NCBI GenBank assembly: GCA_977862235.1 | Contig: OZ374557.1 | Coordinates: 1 to 64,000 of the forward strand | Length of the DNA: 64,000 nucleotides | Direction: 5' to 3' | DNA from: Dudresnaya verticillata | Taxonomy: Eukaryota | Shown here: positions 11,842 through 20,689 of the stretch, piece by piece | How positions within the stretch are numbered: the stretch's first letter is position 1 | How the letters are laid out: each line of letters opens with the position of its first letter | Translations under genes and position numbers: made by a program | Notes under the pieces: model-generated | Seen by the model: the letters and a program-made list of their open reading frames with translations, nothing else | The model's database searches: none | What the model was told of the DNA's origin: nothing

Positions 11842-12217
11842 TACGGTGCTCTCCAGTCGAATGCCGTCCCAGCTCCACATACTCTACACCCTCAAACCAG
11901 AGAGCACTGTAATTATACGGTCCTCTCCGCTCCAACGCGTTCCCAAATCCACATACTCTACACCCTCAAACCAGAGAGCACTGTAATTATACGGTCCTCT
12001 CCGCTCCAACGCGTTCCCAAATCTACATACTCTACACTTCTTCAACCGGATAGAACCGTAATTATACGGTGCTATCCGATCCAACACCGCCCTAGCTCTA
12101 CATACTCTACACTCTTCAACCGGATACCACCGTAATTATACGGTGCTATCCGCTCCAACGCCGCTCCAGCTCTACACGCTTAAACTGGAGAGCACCGTAA
12201 TTATACGGTGCTATCCG
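11842..12217. repeat. Cluster B: tandem array of ~65-75-bp units, each carrying the 34-bp palindrome
   Basis: Copies at 11897, 11971, 12046, 12120 and 12185, all with core ATTA, plus a half site at 11842. A degenerate copy lies at 12381-12414. Confidence 0.9.
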
Positions 12218-12675
12218 CTCCAACGCCGCCCCCGCTCTCCACACGCACTCCCCCCTCCTAGGCTCTACTTCACTAAAAGACGCTTCTACAACAGTTCAAG
12301 ATACAACGGAAGTCATCTTAAGTTTACAAGGGCTTCCGGTTCACCCGTACACTAATCTCGAGCACGTGGAGACAGGGCAACCAGCAACCCTCGTAAATTT
12401 ACGGTGGCTTCCGGACTAGCCCGATCTTCATCTACAAAAATACATTCAGGTAAGCTTCCGACTCTCTCCCCGCTAACACACGCATTCAACGATAATTCGC
12501 GAGCGATTGCGTTGCGCATATTACTAACATATTCTCGCACCCAGTCCGCTTCTCTACACGATATTCACGTCCCTTTCACTAGCACGCCTTGACCTGCATT
12601 ACTGCGATGTTGTTTCCTGATTTATTCTGAACTCAACTATACTTCCATTCCGTACCAATCTCCACGTCGCATGCG

Positions 12676-15600
12676 CTACAAATCAAACACTTCCACAGCA
12701 TACCGAGAGAACTCAAGAATGCCTGGGCACCACCCAGGCTTGTCCAACACAAGCTCCTCACAGAATGCCTTCAAACCCGAGCATCTCCTGAAACGTCGCA
12801 TCCCACAATGCGCAAGCATTTCCGTGCGCCTCTCCTCGTGGCTCCAAAACGCCATCGCTAGCTGTACGGGTCTGAAGAACGGGCAGCGTTCCGACGACCC
12901 ATACTCGTTCTGTCCTCTCCTCGGACTGCCGCTGCCTACATGGAGCTTCTTCGAACCAAACGTTCGAATCGAGCACTCCGAACAACCAGCGCTGAACACA
13001 CCGCCGCGTGCCTTCCAAGGCCGTACAGTGCACTGGGCTGCATCGTGCCCCCCGGACATGCACCGGATACACTGCCGAAAATAGCAGCTGCTCGAATGCT
13101 GGCTGTTCCGGCAGGCACGGATTGACACCTTGTCACCGGGCCTCGTACGACCAAAGCAAGGCGGACACACACCAGCCAGCTTGACGGCAAGATCCCGCAG
13201 TTCCTCAACTGCTTCGCCTGCTCCACTCGCCGTGCGAACTGCAGCCACCGCGCTATCCTCCGGGGTGCACTGCACAGTTTCTTCCGTCTGTCTCTGTCTC
13301 CCTGTATTTGCCGTTTGCTCGGTTATTCCACCACCAGCCTCATGCAAACTCCTTGCTGGACGTAAGGACGGGCTCTGCTGTGAAGAACCGGTGTCATCAG
13401 ATGACGACTCGTCCAATTCGTCAATTTTCGGCGATTCCGCTGCTTCCACTATCGGAGGAAGCCAAGCGCAGTAATCACAACACCGAATGTAAGATTCCGT
13501 CCTCTCCCACACACGTTTCCTGCAATCCGAAGGCTCCTCAGGGCATCCCAAATACTGCTCAAGTTCCTTGACACGACACTTTCTCGTGTCCTCGGCCCAC
13601 CGATGAAACCTTTTCAAGGCGATCAGTGACTCCGTGTCCTTCACGTTGGCGCGGTCTGCATACTCATGATGGTACAGTACACTAACGCTCCCTGGTTTCC
13701 CGTCCCGACCAACACGCCCACCCACTTGATACAGCTCCATTAGCGATCGGCTGCTCCCAACAATTATAGTCTGAGCCACGTCGGGGGCATCGATTCCTGT
13801 ACCAAATCCTTCCGTGGCCACCATTACACACACGGAGCGCTGTGCTGTCCCGTTTCGGCCCCATTCGGCCACACTGTTCCGCCGTGCTTCAACACTCATT
13901 CCACTGTGATACTTACATATTATAATATGCGCTGTTCCCGAGAACATTCTGCTCCGCTCGAGAAGTTCATGAGCTTGATCAGCCTCGCCCTTCGTAAGCA
14001 CACACACGAGAACTTTGCCGCCACCACGCACAATAAACGCTTCACTCACTGCATGGGTGACAGCGTGTCTGATACAGTGCCCCACTTCCTCGTCAGTCGT
14101 TTTCGAAAGCCGCTCCACGGTATACATTATGTTGTCCCGACGGAGGCTGCCACGAATCACCTTCGTATTCCCGACCACGGCTCCGTTACCAGCTATTATA
14201 CGGTTCTCCAAATGTGGCGGTGCAGTGGCCGTCATCATAATGATCGGTACCTGGACACCATCCGGCCTTGCGTGCCGCATGCGTAACATACAGTTGCGAT
14301 AGTGGGCACTCAGAACAACGATGTGAGCCTCATCAACAACAACACGCATCAACTTCCCTTCTCCGTACAGTTTCCTCAGCACCGAATTATACTTTCGACA
14401 GGACACGATCTCAGGAGACGCAAGGATTATACCTCTCGGCATCAAGCGCTTCTCAACTTCGTTGTTGTCCAAGTCTTCAATATCGACAACGGGCAGCCTG
14501 ATATCATCACATCGCAACTTGATCTCCTCCCGTAGTGATCGAAGGGGGCATATAAAAATAGTCACTCCTTGTTCACTTGAAGCGGGCCCGAAAACAACCG
14601 CGGTTTTCCCACCTCCTGTCCTCAGCACTATTAATGCATCACTCTCTTTGCGCAATACAAGTTCCATTGCCACCTTCTGTTCTTCGCTTTTGAACTCGGC
14701 ATCACGGTCCCCTACAGCGTGCGCAAGGCATTCCTGTACACGCCGTGCAATTGAAGCCTCACGCTCCGCTTTGCGAGCTTCGACTGTACGGTTATCCTTA
14801 TCAGAGCGGCGACGTGCTGCATCTGACGTGAGTTCATCACCCAATCCTATAATATTATCACTTTCCTTCTTCTCGGTGTGCCGCTTTTCGTCCTCGTAAG
14901 CCTTCTTTCTCTGCTCCGATTCCGAGATTGTCGCCAAACACTTCCTTAATAGATCAGCCATCTCTTCTCGACTCATCTCAGAAACATCGCGCCCATTCGG
15001 TCGGAGACCATGCCCATTGCCGTCCAACACCCGGGCGCCCCCACTTTCCCCACCTTTGCTGTCATCTTGCCCATTCCCCTTCGAACCATGTCTCTCTTCC
15101 CCTTCATTCAGCGCCTCCTGTCCTTGAAGCTTCTGTTTGCGTGCACGTGGTAGTACGGCTCCAGCCAGGTCTCCCGACATCGCTCTTTTCACACCCTTTC
15201 CGCCACCTCCAGTTCCCAATCCGGGACCACTGCGTCCATCAGCGCTCTCTACATCCCTTCCTTGCTCCTGCGACTCTCGTTCCTCTCCAATTCCCGTTTC
15301 TGGAGGCGGCCATACTTCCACGGCGTCTTCGACTTCGCTTGCTTGTCCCGCCGAATCACAATGTTTGGGAATCGGAAGGCACCGTAATCCTACGGTGCCA
15401 TCCGGTTCCGAGGTTTGTCTGGGAACATCCACGGCCGGACCGCACCGTAATCCTACGGCGCTCTCCGGTTTGGAGGCTTGCCTTGGAAAATCCACAGGCG
15501 AACAGCACCATAATCCTCCGGTACTCTCCGGCTCTGATGCACCTCTCGGAACAGCTGAATTTTCCGGAAGCGGCCGTAAAATTACGGCGCTCTCCGGTTT

Positions 15601-18393
15601 CGACAAGCTTCCTGTCCCGCTTCCGCTGGAGAAGAGTCTGCGTTTGACACCCGAAACGGTTCGCGCCTGCACAGCCCGACTCAATCGGGAACGCCCTTCT
15701 CCTTCTTCATCGCCACCCTGAAGTTTGTTCCAATCAAAGTTCTTGTCCAAGCCGCAATCTGCGAGCCAGCAGTCAGATACTTGCTTGAACTGCTTCATGT
15801 TCCGATCATCTACCTCACCGCCACCGGCAATGTTCGGTGCGCAAGCTCCATACAGAGTTCTCGCGATATGCACAGAGTGTGCTCCCTGCACCTGCATCAC
15901 ACTTCCAAGGTCTCCACTATTCAGCGCAGCAGCATCCGAATCTCCCTTGTTGAAACCATTCAATATCTTCACGACGTAACGGAACTTCTCGTCGGTATTG
16001 GCCTTGTCGGTCGCATATCCACCAAACCACTGTCGATGTTTCTCCGCCCCATATTCTTCAGGCAGACCAAACCTCTTCCACATGTTCCCCGCGAGCTGCA
16101 GGCACCCCGATCGTGCACTAGCTGTTGGCATGAGATAGTCCATTGCCCCATCTTCGTCGACCTCGGCCGCACGCCCTGACTCCCTGTTACTGACAAGTCG
16201 GGACAACGCTAGCCTGAACTCCATCCCAACGAGAATCGCCAATTTGACCAGGTTGCTCGTAACGACATCAGGATGCTTGCTAATGACACGCATTCTCCCC
16301 CTCTTCATGTTCCTTGTCTTGTCGTAACTTGGAATTACAGCAACTCGGGGGCCACCCGGGAGTTGAATCCCACGTGGTCCGCTGACCGTATTTCTCACGG
16401 CCAAGAACCCAAGCTCCGGACCGCGACAGACATTACCACCCGCTAGATGCAAACAGGCTACCACGAGTACATGGAACTTCCTTAGTTTCGATAGCATCGC
16501 CCTTGCGCGTTTCTCGAATGCTCGTTCGTCTAATGAATCCATCTTTCTCACCGCAGAATCGACGAGATCGCGGCATTCTCTGACAATCTCAGCATTCCGA
16601 TCATCTTCCATGAATCCATACGGAATGTCTTCCTTCCTAGTGTCGTCTACCATATTCGAGAGGCGTTTCTGAAAGTCCTTTGGCAGTTCTACCCCGCAGA
16701 GAATACCAGTTCGGTCGAACATTAGGCTCACCGCCTCCTTTTGCATCTTCTTCACACAAATACCAATTTCATCAGGGCTCATGTGAAGCCCCTCCACGTA
16801 CCCGCAGCACTTGCCCACGTGCTCAGGATCGTTACATGGAAGCCATGTGTTCCTGGAGTACTCTTCATTCCGAAACCGTCGAGCCTGCAAGCAAAGGGAC
16901 TGGAGAAAATGTATCCCTAAATTCCCGTCGGCTTGATGCCTCAACTCCACCCTGGCCAACTCCTCATCACAAGTACCCTCCTTCTCAACGCTACATATGT
17001 CGATGAAAGCGCAGCAAGAACTCGCATAGGCGAGTGCAGCAAGAAATGGAGACAGATCCCTGCCCTCAGAAAATGTAACCCCCCCTCCCGCACGCTTCAC
17101 ACAAAGACAGGTTGTTAGGACGTGAGCGGCACAGAAGTGGCTGCCTTCATCCACGCTCACCCTTTCATACAACAAAGCTCTCAGCAAAGCGTGCATCGCC
17201 ACTATACATTCAGACGGTCCCGTCGGACAGCGCCGTATTTTTACGGCGCCTTCCGGTTCTTCCTGAGTCTCTTCACGATACACCTCCATCACCTTCTCAC
17301 AGGCAGAGCGTAATTCTTCACTGGCGATGAGCTCCTCACCTTCCCGAGACGCATTAATCATGCGTAGAAGTGCTAACGCTCCACGAGACACGAAGGAGGC
17401 ATACCTCTTCTCGGACTGCCTCTCTACCCAGGCAAACTCGACCTTTTGGCTCCCCGTCGCACCAGGAGGTGCTCGAACAGCGAACATTACCCTGGACATC
17501 GTCATATTGGGCCTCTGTGAGCAGCGACGGCCATGCTGGAATACGGAAAGAACGGCTTCTGTCAGCCACTTCTTCAGCTCGACTTCATCTTGGTCAAAAA
17601 CCTTCTCTCCGCGCCAGGCATCTCCGCTCAACCTGGAAGCCTCCTCCATGCTGAGATGCAGCTGCTCGAGCTTCAAATCTGGCCTCGTGCAACTTGCAAA
17701 ACGTCCCATTCTCCTCACGTCCTTCTCTTCCGGCTCTTCCACCTTCATCCTTCCTTTCCTAGCCTCGCTCAACTCCTGCAATAGAAGCTGGACATGAGAT
17801 GAACCTTCCCCGCTTGCCCCGGCTTCTCTATTCCCGGTACACTCCGCTGCTCCGCCATCCTTTAGTAGAAACGTATTTCCTGTGCCAGTTCCCTTAAACA
17901 GCTTCTGGCACTTTACACCTCCGAGGCCCTTGATCTCCGCAAGACTTATGGAGTTTCCAGAAGAGTTATGTTCGGCGTCATAATGTTTCTTCAACGAGGG
18001 AGAAGACAAAGACAAGAACGAACATTGAGGGCAGGGAATGCACTCCATAACTCTTAAAAATGGAATCCTGCGCACGGCTCTTCGAGAAGAGCTTCGAACT
18101 GAGCTCCCAATGTACACATGGTAATCCTCTTCAGAAGCCGTGCGCACACAGGCCCTGTTGACGGTATTCCATGACTTGTACACTTCCTTCGATTCGATGC
18201 GGGTGACCCGTTTCGACGGCTGACACTTCTGCAAATGCCTGAACAGATTGTCCTGTCCTTGCACACCGAAGAATACGGCATGCTGGCATACGACGCACAG
18301 AAGCTCCGCGACCTCCGGAATAAGACGTAAGCCATATTCCTCGAGCTTCAACTCCGACTCCTGGACCCCATCACCCCCGTTAAGACCATTCAT
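12676..18393 (-). CDS. Telomere-linked RecQ-type helicase fused to Zn fingers and a tyrosine-recombinase-like domain (~1905 aa)
   Basis: First ATG is at 18393 (the ORF track starts at GTG 18402). Helicase motifs: TGGGKT (~14610), DEAH (14323-14334), TAT, YHSG, VATEGFGTGID, QVGGRVGRDG (~13710) and RQC-like CR...CCDYC. N-terminal CVVC..H..C and CPQC..H..H fingers. Central GGNVCRGPEL / YDK / KHR / GAHSVHIARTLY. Cys/His-rich C-terminus. The helicase call is firm; the recombinase call is motif-based. Confidence 0.88.
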   Translation of the reverse strand: MNGLNGGDGVQESELKLEEYGLRLIPEVAELLCVVCQHAVFFGVQGQDNLFRHLQKCQPSKRVTRIESKEVYKSWNTVNRACVRTASEEDYHVYIGSSVRSSSRRAVRRIPFLRVMECIPCPQCSFLSLSSPSLKKHYDAEHNSSGNSISLAEIKGLGGVKCQKLFKGTGTGNTFLLKDGGAAECTGNREAGASGEGSSHVQLLLQELSEARKGRMKVEEPEEKDVRRMGRFASCTRPDLKLEQLHLSMEEASRLSGDAWRGEKVFDQDEVELKKWLTEAVLSVFQHGRRCSQRPNMTMSRVMFAVRAPPGATGSQKVEFAWVERQSEKRYASFVSRGALALLRMINASREGEELIASEELRSACEKVMEVYREETQEEPEGAVKIRRCPTGPSECIVAMHALLRALLYERVSVDEGSHFCAAHVLTTCLCVKRAGGGVTFSEGRDLSPFLAALAYASSCCAFIDICSVEKEGTCDEELARVELRHQADGNLGIHFLQSLCLQARRFRNEEYSRNTWLPCNDPEHVGKCCGYVEGLHMSPDEIGICVKKMQKEAVSLMFDRTGILCGVELPKDFQKRLSNMVDDTRKEDIPYGFMEDDRNAEIVRECRDLVDSAVRKMDSLDERAFEKRARAMLSKLRKFHVLVVACLHLAGGNVCRGPELGFLAVRNTVSGPRGIQLPGGPRVAVIPSYDKTRNMKRGRMRVISKHPDVVTSNLVKLAILVGMEFRLALSRLVSNRESGRAAEVDEDGAMDYLMPTASARSGCLQLAGNMWKRFGLPEEYGAEKHRQWFGGYATDKANTDEKFRYVVKILNGFNKGDSDAAALNSGDLGSVMQVQGAHSVHIARTLYGACAPNIAGGGEVDDRNMKQFKQVSDCWLADCGLDKNFDWNKLQGGDEEGEGRSRLSRAVQARTVSGVKRRLFSSGSGTGSLSKPESAVILRPLPENSAVPRGASEPESTGGLWCCSPVDFPRQASKPESAVGLRCGPAVDVPRQTSEPDGTVGLRCLPIPKHCDSAGQASEVEDAVEVWPPPETGIGEERESQEQGRDVESADGRSGPGLGTGGGGKGVKRAMSGDLAGAVLPRARKQKLQGQEALNEGEERHGSKGNGQDDSKGGESGGARVLDGNGHGLRPNGRDVSEMSREEMADLLRKCLATISESEQRKKAYEDEKRHTEKKESDNIIGLGDELTSDAARRRSDKDNRTVEARKAEREASIARRVQECLAHAVGDRDAEFKSEEQKVAMELVLRKESDALIVLRTGGGKTAVVFGPASSEQGVTIFICPLRSLREEIKLRCDDIRLPVVDIEDLDNNEVEKRLMPRGIILASPEIVSCRKYNSVLRKLYGEGKLMRVVVDEAHIVVLSAHYRNCMLRMRHARPDGVQVPIIMMTATAPPHLENRIIAGNGAVVGNTKVIRGSLRRDNIMYTVERLSKTTDEEVGHCIRHAVTHAVSEAFIVRGGGKVLVCVLTKGEADQAHELLERSRMFSGTAHIIICKYHSGMSVEARRNSVAEWGRNGTAQRSVCVMVATEGFGTGIDAPDVAQTIIVGSSRSLMELYQVGGRVGRDGKPGSVSVLYHHEYADRANVKDTESLIALKRFHRWAEDTRKCRVKELEQYLGCPEEPSDCRKRVWERTESYIRCCDYCAWLPPIVEAAESPKIDELDESSSDDTGSSQQSPSLRPARSLHEAGGGITEQTANTGRQRQTEETVQCTPEDSAVAAVRTASGAGEAVEELRDLAVKLAGVCPPCFGRTRPGDKVSIRACRNSQHSSSCYFRQCIRCMSGGHDAAQCTVRPWKARGGVFSAGCSECSIRTFGSKKLHVGSGSPRRGQNEYGSSERCPFFRPVQLAMAFWSHEERRTEMLAHCGMRRFRRCSGLKAFCEELVLDKPGWCPGILEFSRYAVEVFDL
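15372..15597. repeat. Cluster C: four 34-bp palindromes in frame inside the helicase gene
   Basis: Copies at 15372, 15435, 15498 and 15564 (spacing 63/63/66), cores ATCC x3 and AAAT. They encode PESAVILR / PESTGGLW / PESAVGLR / PDGTVGLR. Confidence 0.88.
17223..17256. repeat. Single intragenic 34-bp palindrome
   Basis: TCGGACAGCGCCGTA-TTTT-TACGGCGCCTTCCGG, encoding PEGAVKIRRCP. Confidence 0.8.
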
Positions 18394-18487
18394 TCCGCGC
18401 ACAGCACCGCAATTGCACTACTTTCGATCTGAAACAAGAGGAACATGGGAATTTCAAGTCAGTACACAAGCATTTCTAAACGGCAAA

Positions 18488-18650
18488 CCGGACAGCACCG
18501 TAATATTACGGTGTTATCCGATTCACAGTCGCTTTCGATTTTCCTATCCGATAAGCTTCTGATTCACAGTCGCTCCCGATTCGGATGGCACCGTAACTTC
18601 ACACTGCGACTGTCAATCGGATAGCACCGTAATATTACGGTGCTGTCCGA
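18488..18650. repeat. Cluster D: two near-perfect 34-bp palindromes plus a half site upstream of the helicase ATG
   Basis: 18488-18521 and 18617-18650 (TCGGATAGCACCGTAATATTACGGTGCTGTCCGA); half site at 18581-18596. Confidence 0.9.
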
Positions 18651-18802
18651 CTTGGAAACGCCCGTATACGGCCATTACCGTTGACACCGCCACTCGAGTC
18701 ACTCCGGACAGTTGTGTAAGCGGTACCAAAAGAAATTCGCAATTACATACCGTTAATTGAAACCGAAGAGAAGTAATTAACTCAATTGCTTCGCCGCGGT
18801 GG

Positions 18803-18836
<34 letters not shown>

Positions 18837-18850
18837 TCGTCGTCGTCGCC
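18803..18850. repeat. (GTC)n microsatellite
   Basis: About 16 GTC/GCC triplets. Confidence 0.95.
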
Positions 18851-19398
18851 CTCGCGGATCCTTCAGAGGCAACGCTGAATCGCCTGTCGCCTGCACAAGT
18901 CCGCGTGTTAGCGCGCTTCTCGTACAGAGAGGATTGTCGGAGACCGTCGCAAGACGTTGCCGTAGTCCGGTTCGCAATCGCGCAAGCCACACTCACGTTT
19001 ACTCAGACTGCGCAATGGGTGAGGGGGGGCGGGTGATCGGTGGAACTGCGTCACATCAAGTAGATATTGGAACGATCATCTGGCCTTATTGGCGGGAATA
19101 CTGTTTCGGTTATTTCGGCGTTGATGATGTGTATTCCGTAACGGCTCCTCTCGTCAAATCTGAGATACAAAGATGTCTATTCTCACGAGACATTGCACCG
19201 TTCTCGTTGTAACACCGACGGCGTTGATGCTCCGGACATTGCACCGTTCTCCTTGTATCGCCAACGGCGTCGATGCTCCGGATTGACGAACAGAATGCTC
19301 ACTGATCCGATCCGTGATCCAAAGCCGGATCTGATCTTGACTGTCTTCAGAGCCGTTTGGCATTGTGAAAGGCGTTGTAGTTCTACAACGGAAGCTGC

Positions 19399-19431
19399 CG
19401 GGAAGGACCGTATTTGTACGGCGCCATCCGG
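19399..19431. repeat. Degenerate palindrome copy, the most centromere-proximal one seen
   Basis: CGGGAAGGACCGTA-TTTG-TACGGCGCCATCCGG. Confidence 0.65.
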
Positions 19432-19500
19432 ACTTTACCTGCTAACGACTCATCCTTCCATCCAGAGCCGGGTTCTTTTAGTATTGGTCCCCTTTCCCAT

Positions 19501-19640
19501 TCATCGGTCCCCTTTCCTTTTCCATCGGTCCCCTTTCCTTTTCCATCGGTCCCCTTTCCTTTTCCATCGGTCCCCTTTCCGATTCCATCCTTCCCTTTCC
19601 CATTCCATTGGGCCCTTTCCCATTCCATTGGGCCCTTTCC
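19501..19640. repeat. 21-bp pyrimidine-rich minisatellite
   Basis: TCCATCGGTCCCCTTTCCTTT x4, then CATTCCATTGGGCCCTTTCC x2. Confidence 0.9.
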
Positions 19641-19726
19641 TATTCCTTATCTCCCGTCCCTTTCCTATTCCGCTAACCCCTTTCCTACTCAATTTAATCT
19701 CTTTACTTGCATACTCTATACTTAGA

Positions 19727-20385
19727 TCCTGACACCAACCTCTGGCAGGAAGGTCGAACCGGCTTTTCCATCGTAGCCATTCTCCTCGTCTCTGGCATTC
19801 CAATAAACCGGAATTTCAGTTATATCAGGGGCTTTACTTTCCTATTCCATCCGGGAATCTATTTAGGCACACCTGTAAGGAGAGCTAATCAGGCAATCCC
19901 AATAAGGAGTGCTCTCACACGGCATCGGGGTGGTAGAGCTTAGTTCGTAGACGGAAGGGAAAACCTCGAGCGGCAACACTGGTAAGGAGTAAAGGGACGC
20001 AACAGGCAAGGGGGACGGTACAGTGCCAAGACAGCTACACTGGGACGGAGGTAAGCTGAATCCGTGCACGGGGCTGGCGAGGGGAAACCGCGAAGGAGTA
20101 TGAGGGTAAGGCTGAGGGTAAGTCACTTTGCCCAGGGTTGCGTGCCCGTTTACTGTAGGACTGGCGGTGGTCACCCATTAATATACTGGGAGATACGCCC
20201 CGCAGTCCGGTCCGTGTGGGACAGACCCCAATGGGTCTAGGCCACCAGGTGGGTCCGGCCCTACTGGTCCCGGTCACCGTTGCGGACATGCTCGGCATTC
20301 TCATTGGCCGGCTGACATTACGTACTGTACAGCATCATTACAATTACCTAATTGCAAATAAATCAACTACTTGGCTCCTATTGGT
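19727..20385 (-). mobile_element. Gypsy LTR-region fragment with PBS-like site, inverted homologue of ~25010-25690
   Basis: The reverse complement aligns by eye with 25012-25690. Minus-strand TGGTGTCAGGA at 19737-19727 resembles a tRNA-Leu primer-binding site. Confidence 0.65.
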
Positions 20386-20689
20386 GGTGCGCGCAGACTC
20401 CAGCAGGGCATACAGTGCTACTGTGTCAGTGCACTCCGCTTCGGCTTTTGGCGCCAGCTCACCGGTGCGCCGGTCGCGAGTCGGCTCAACCGTCGTCGGC
20501 ACTCCACAACGGCCGCTTTACCACATCTGGTTAAGGACGACGACGCAGGTTCCCTCTTCTACGACAAAGGAACTGGAGCTGAAGGCATGCGAACGCCGAA
20601 GAAAGAAGTATTATAAACGCTTCCTTTGAAGGTGCGCAACCCGACTGAAGTTACCCTCAAGCTCATGTCCGGGATGGCACGGTCCAAAG

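Noticed and set aside
11842..12217. CRISPR array
   Set aside because: The spacers are copies of each other, there are no cas genes, and the context is eukaryotic.
12676..18393. Helitron RepHel or a housekeeping RecQ (BLM/WRN)
   Set aside because: The helicase is SF2 DEAH rather than PIF1, I saw no HUH Rep motifs, and the domain layout differs from housekeeping RecQs.
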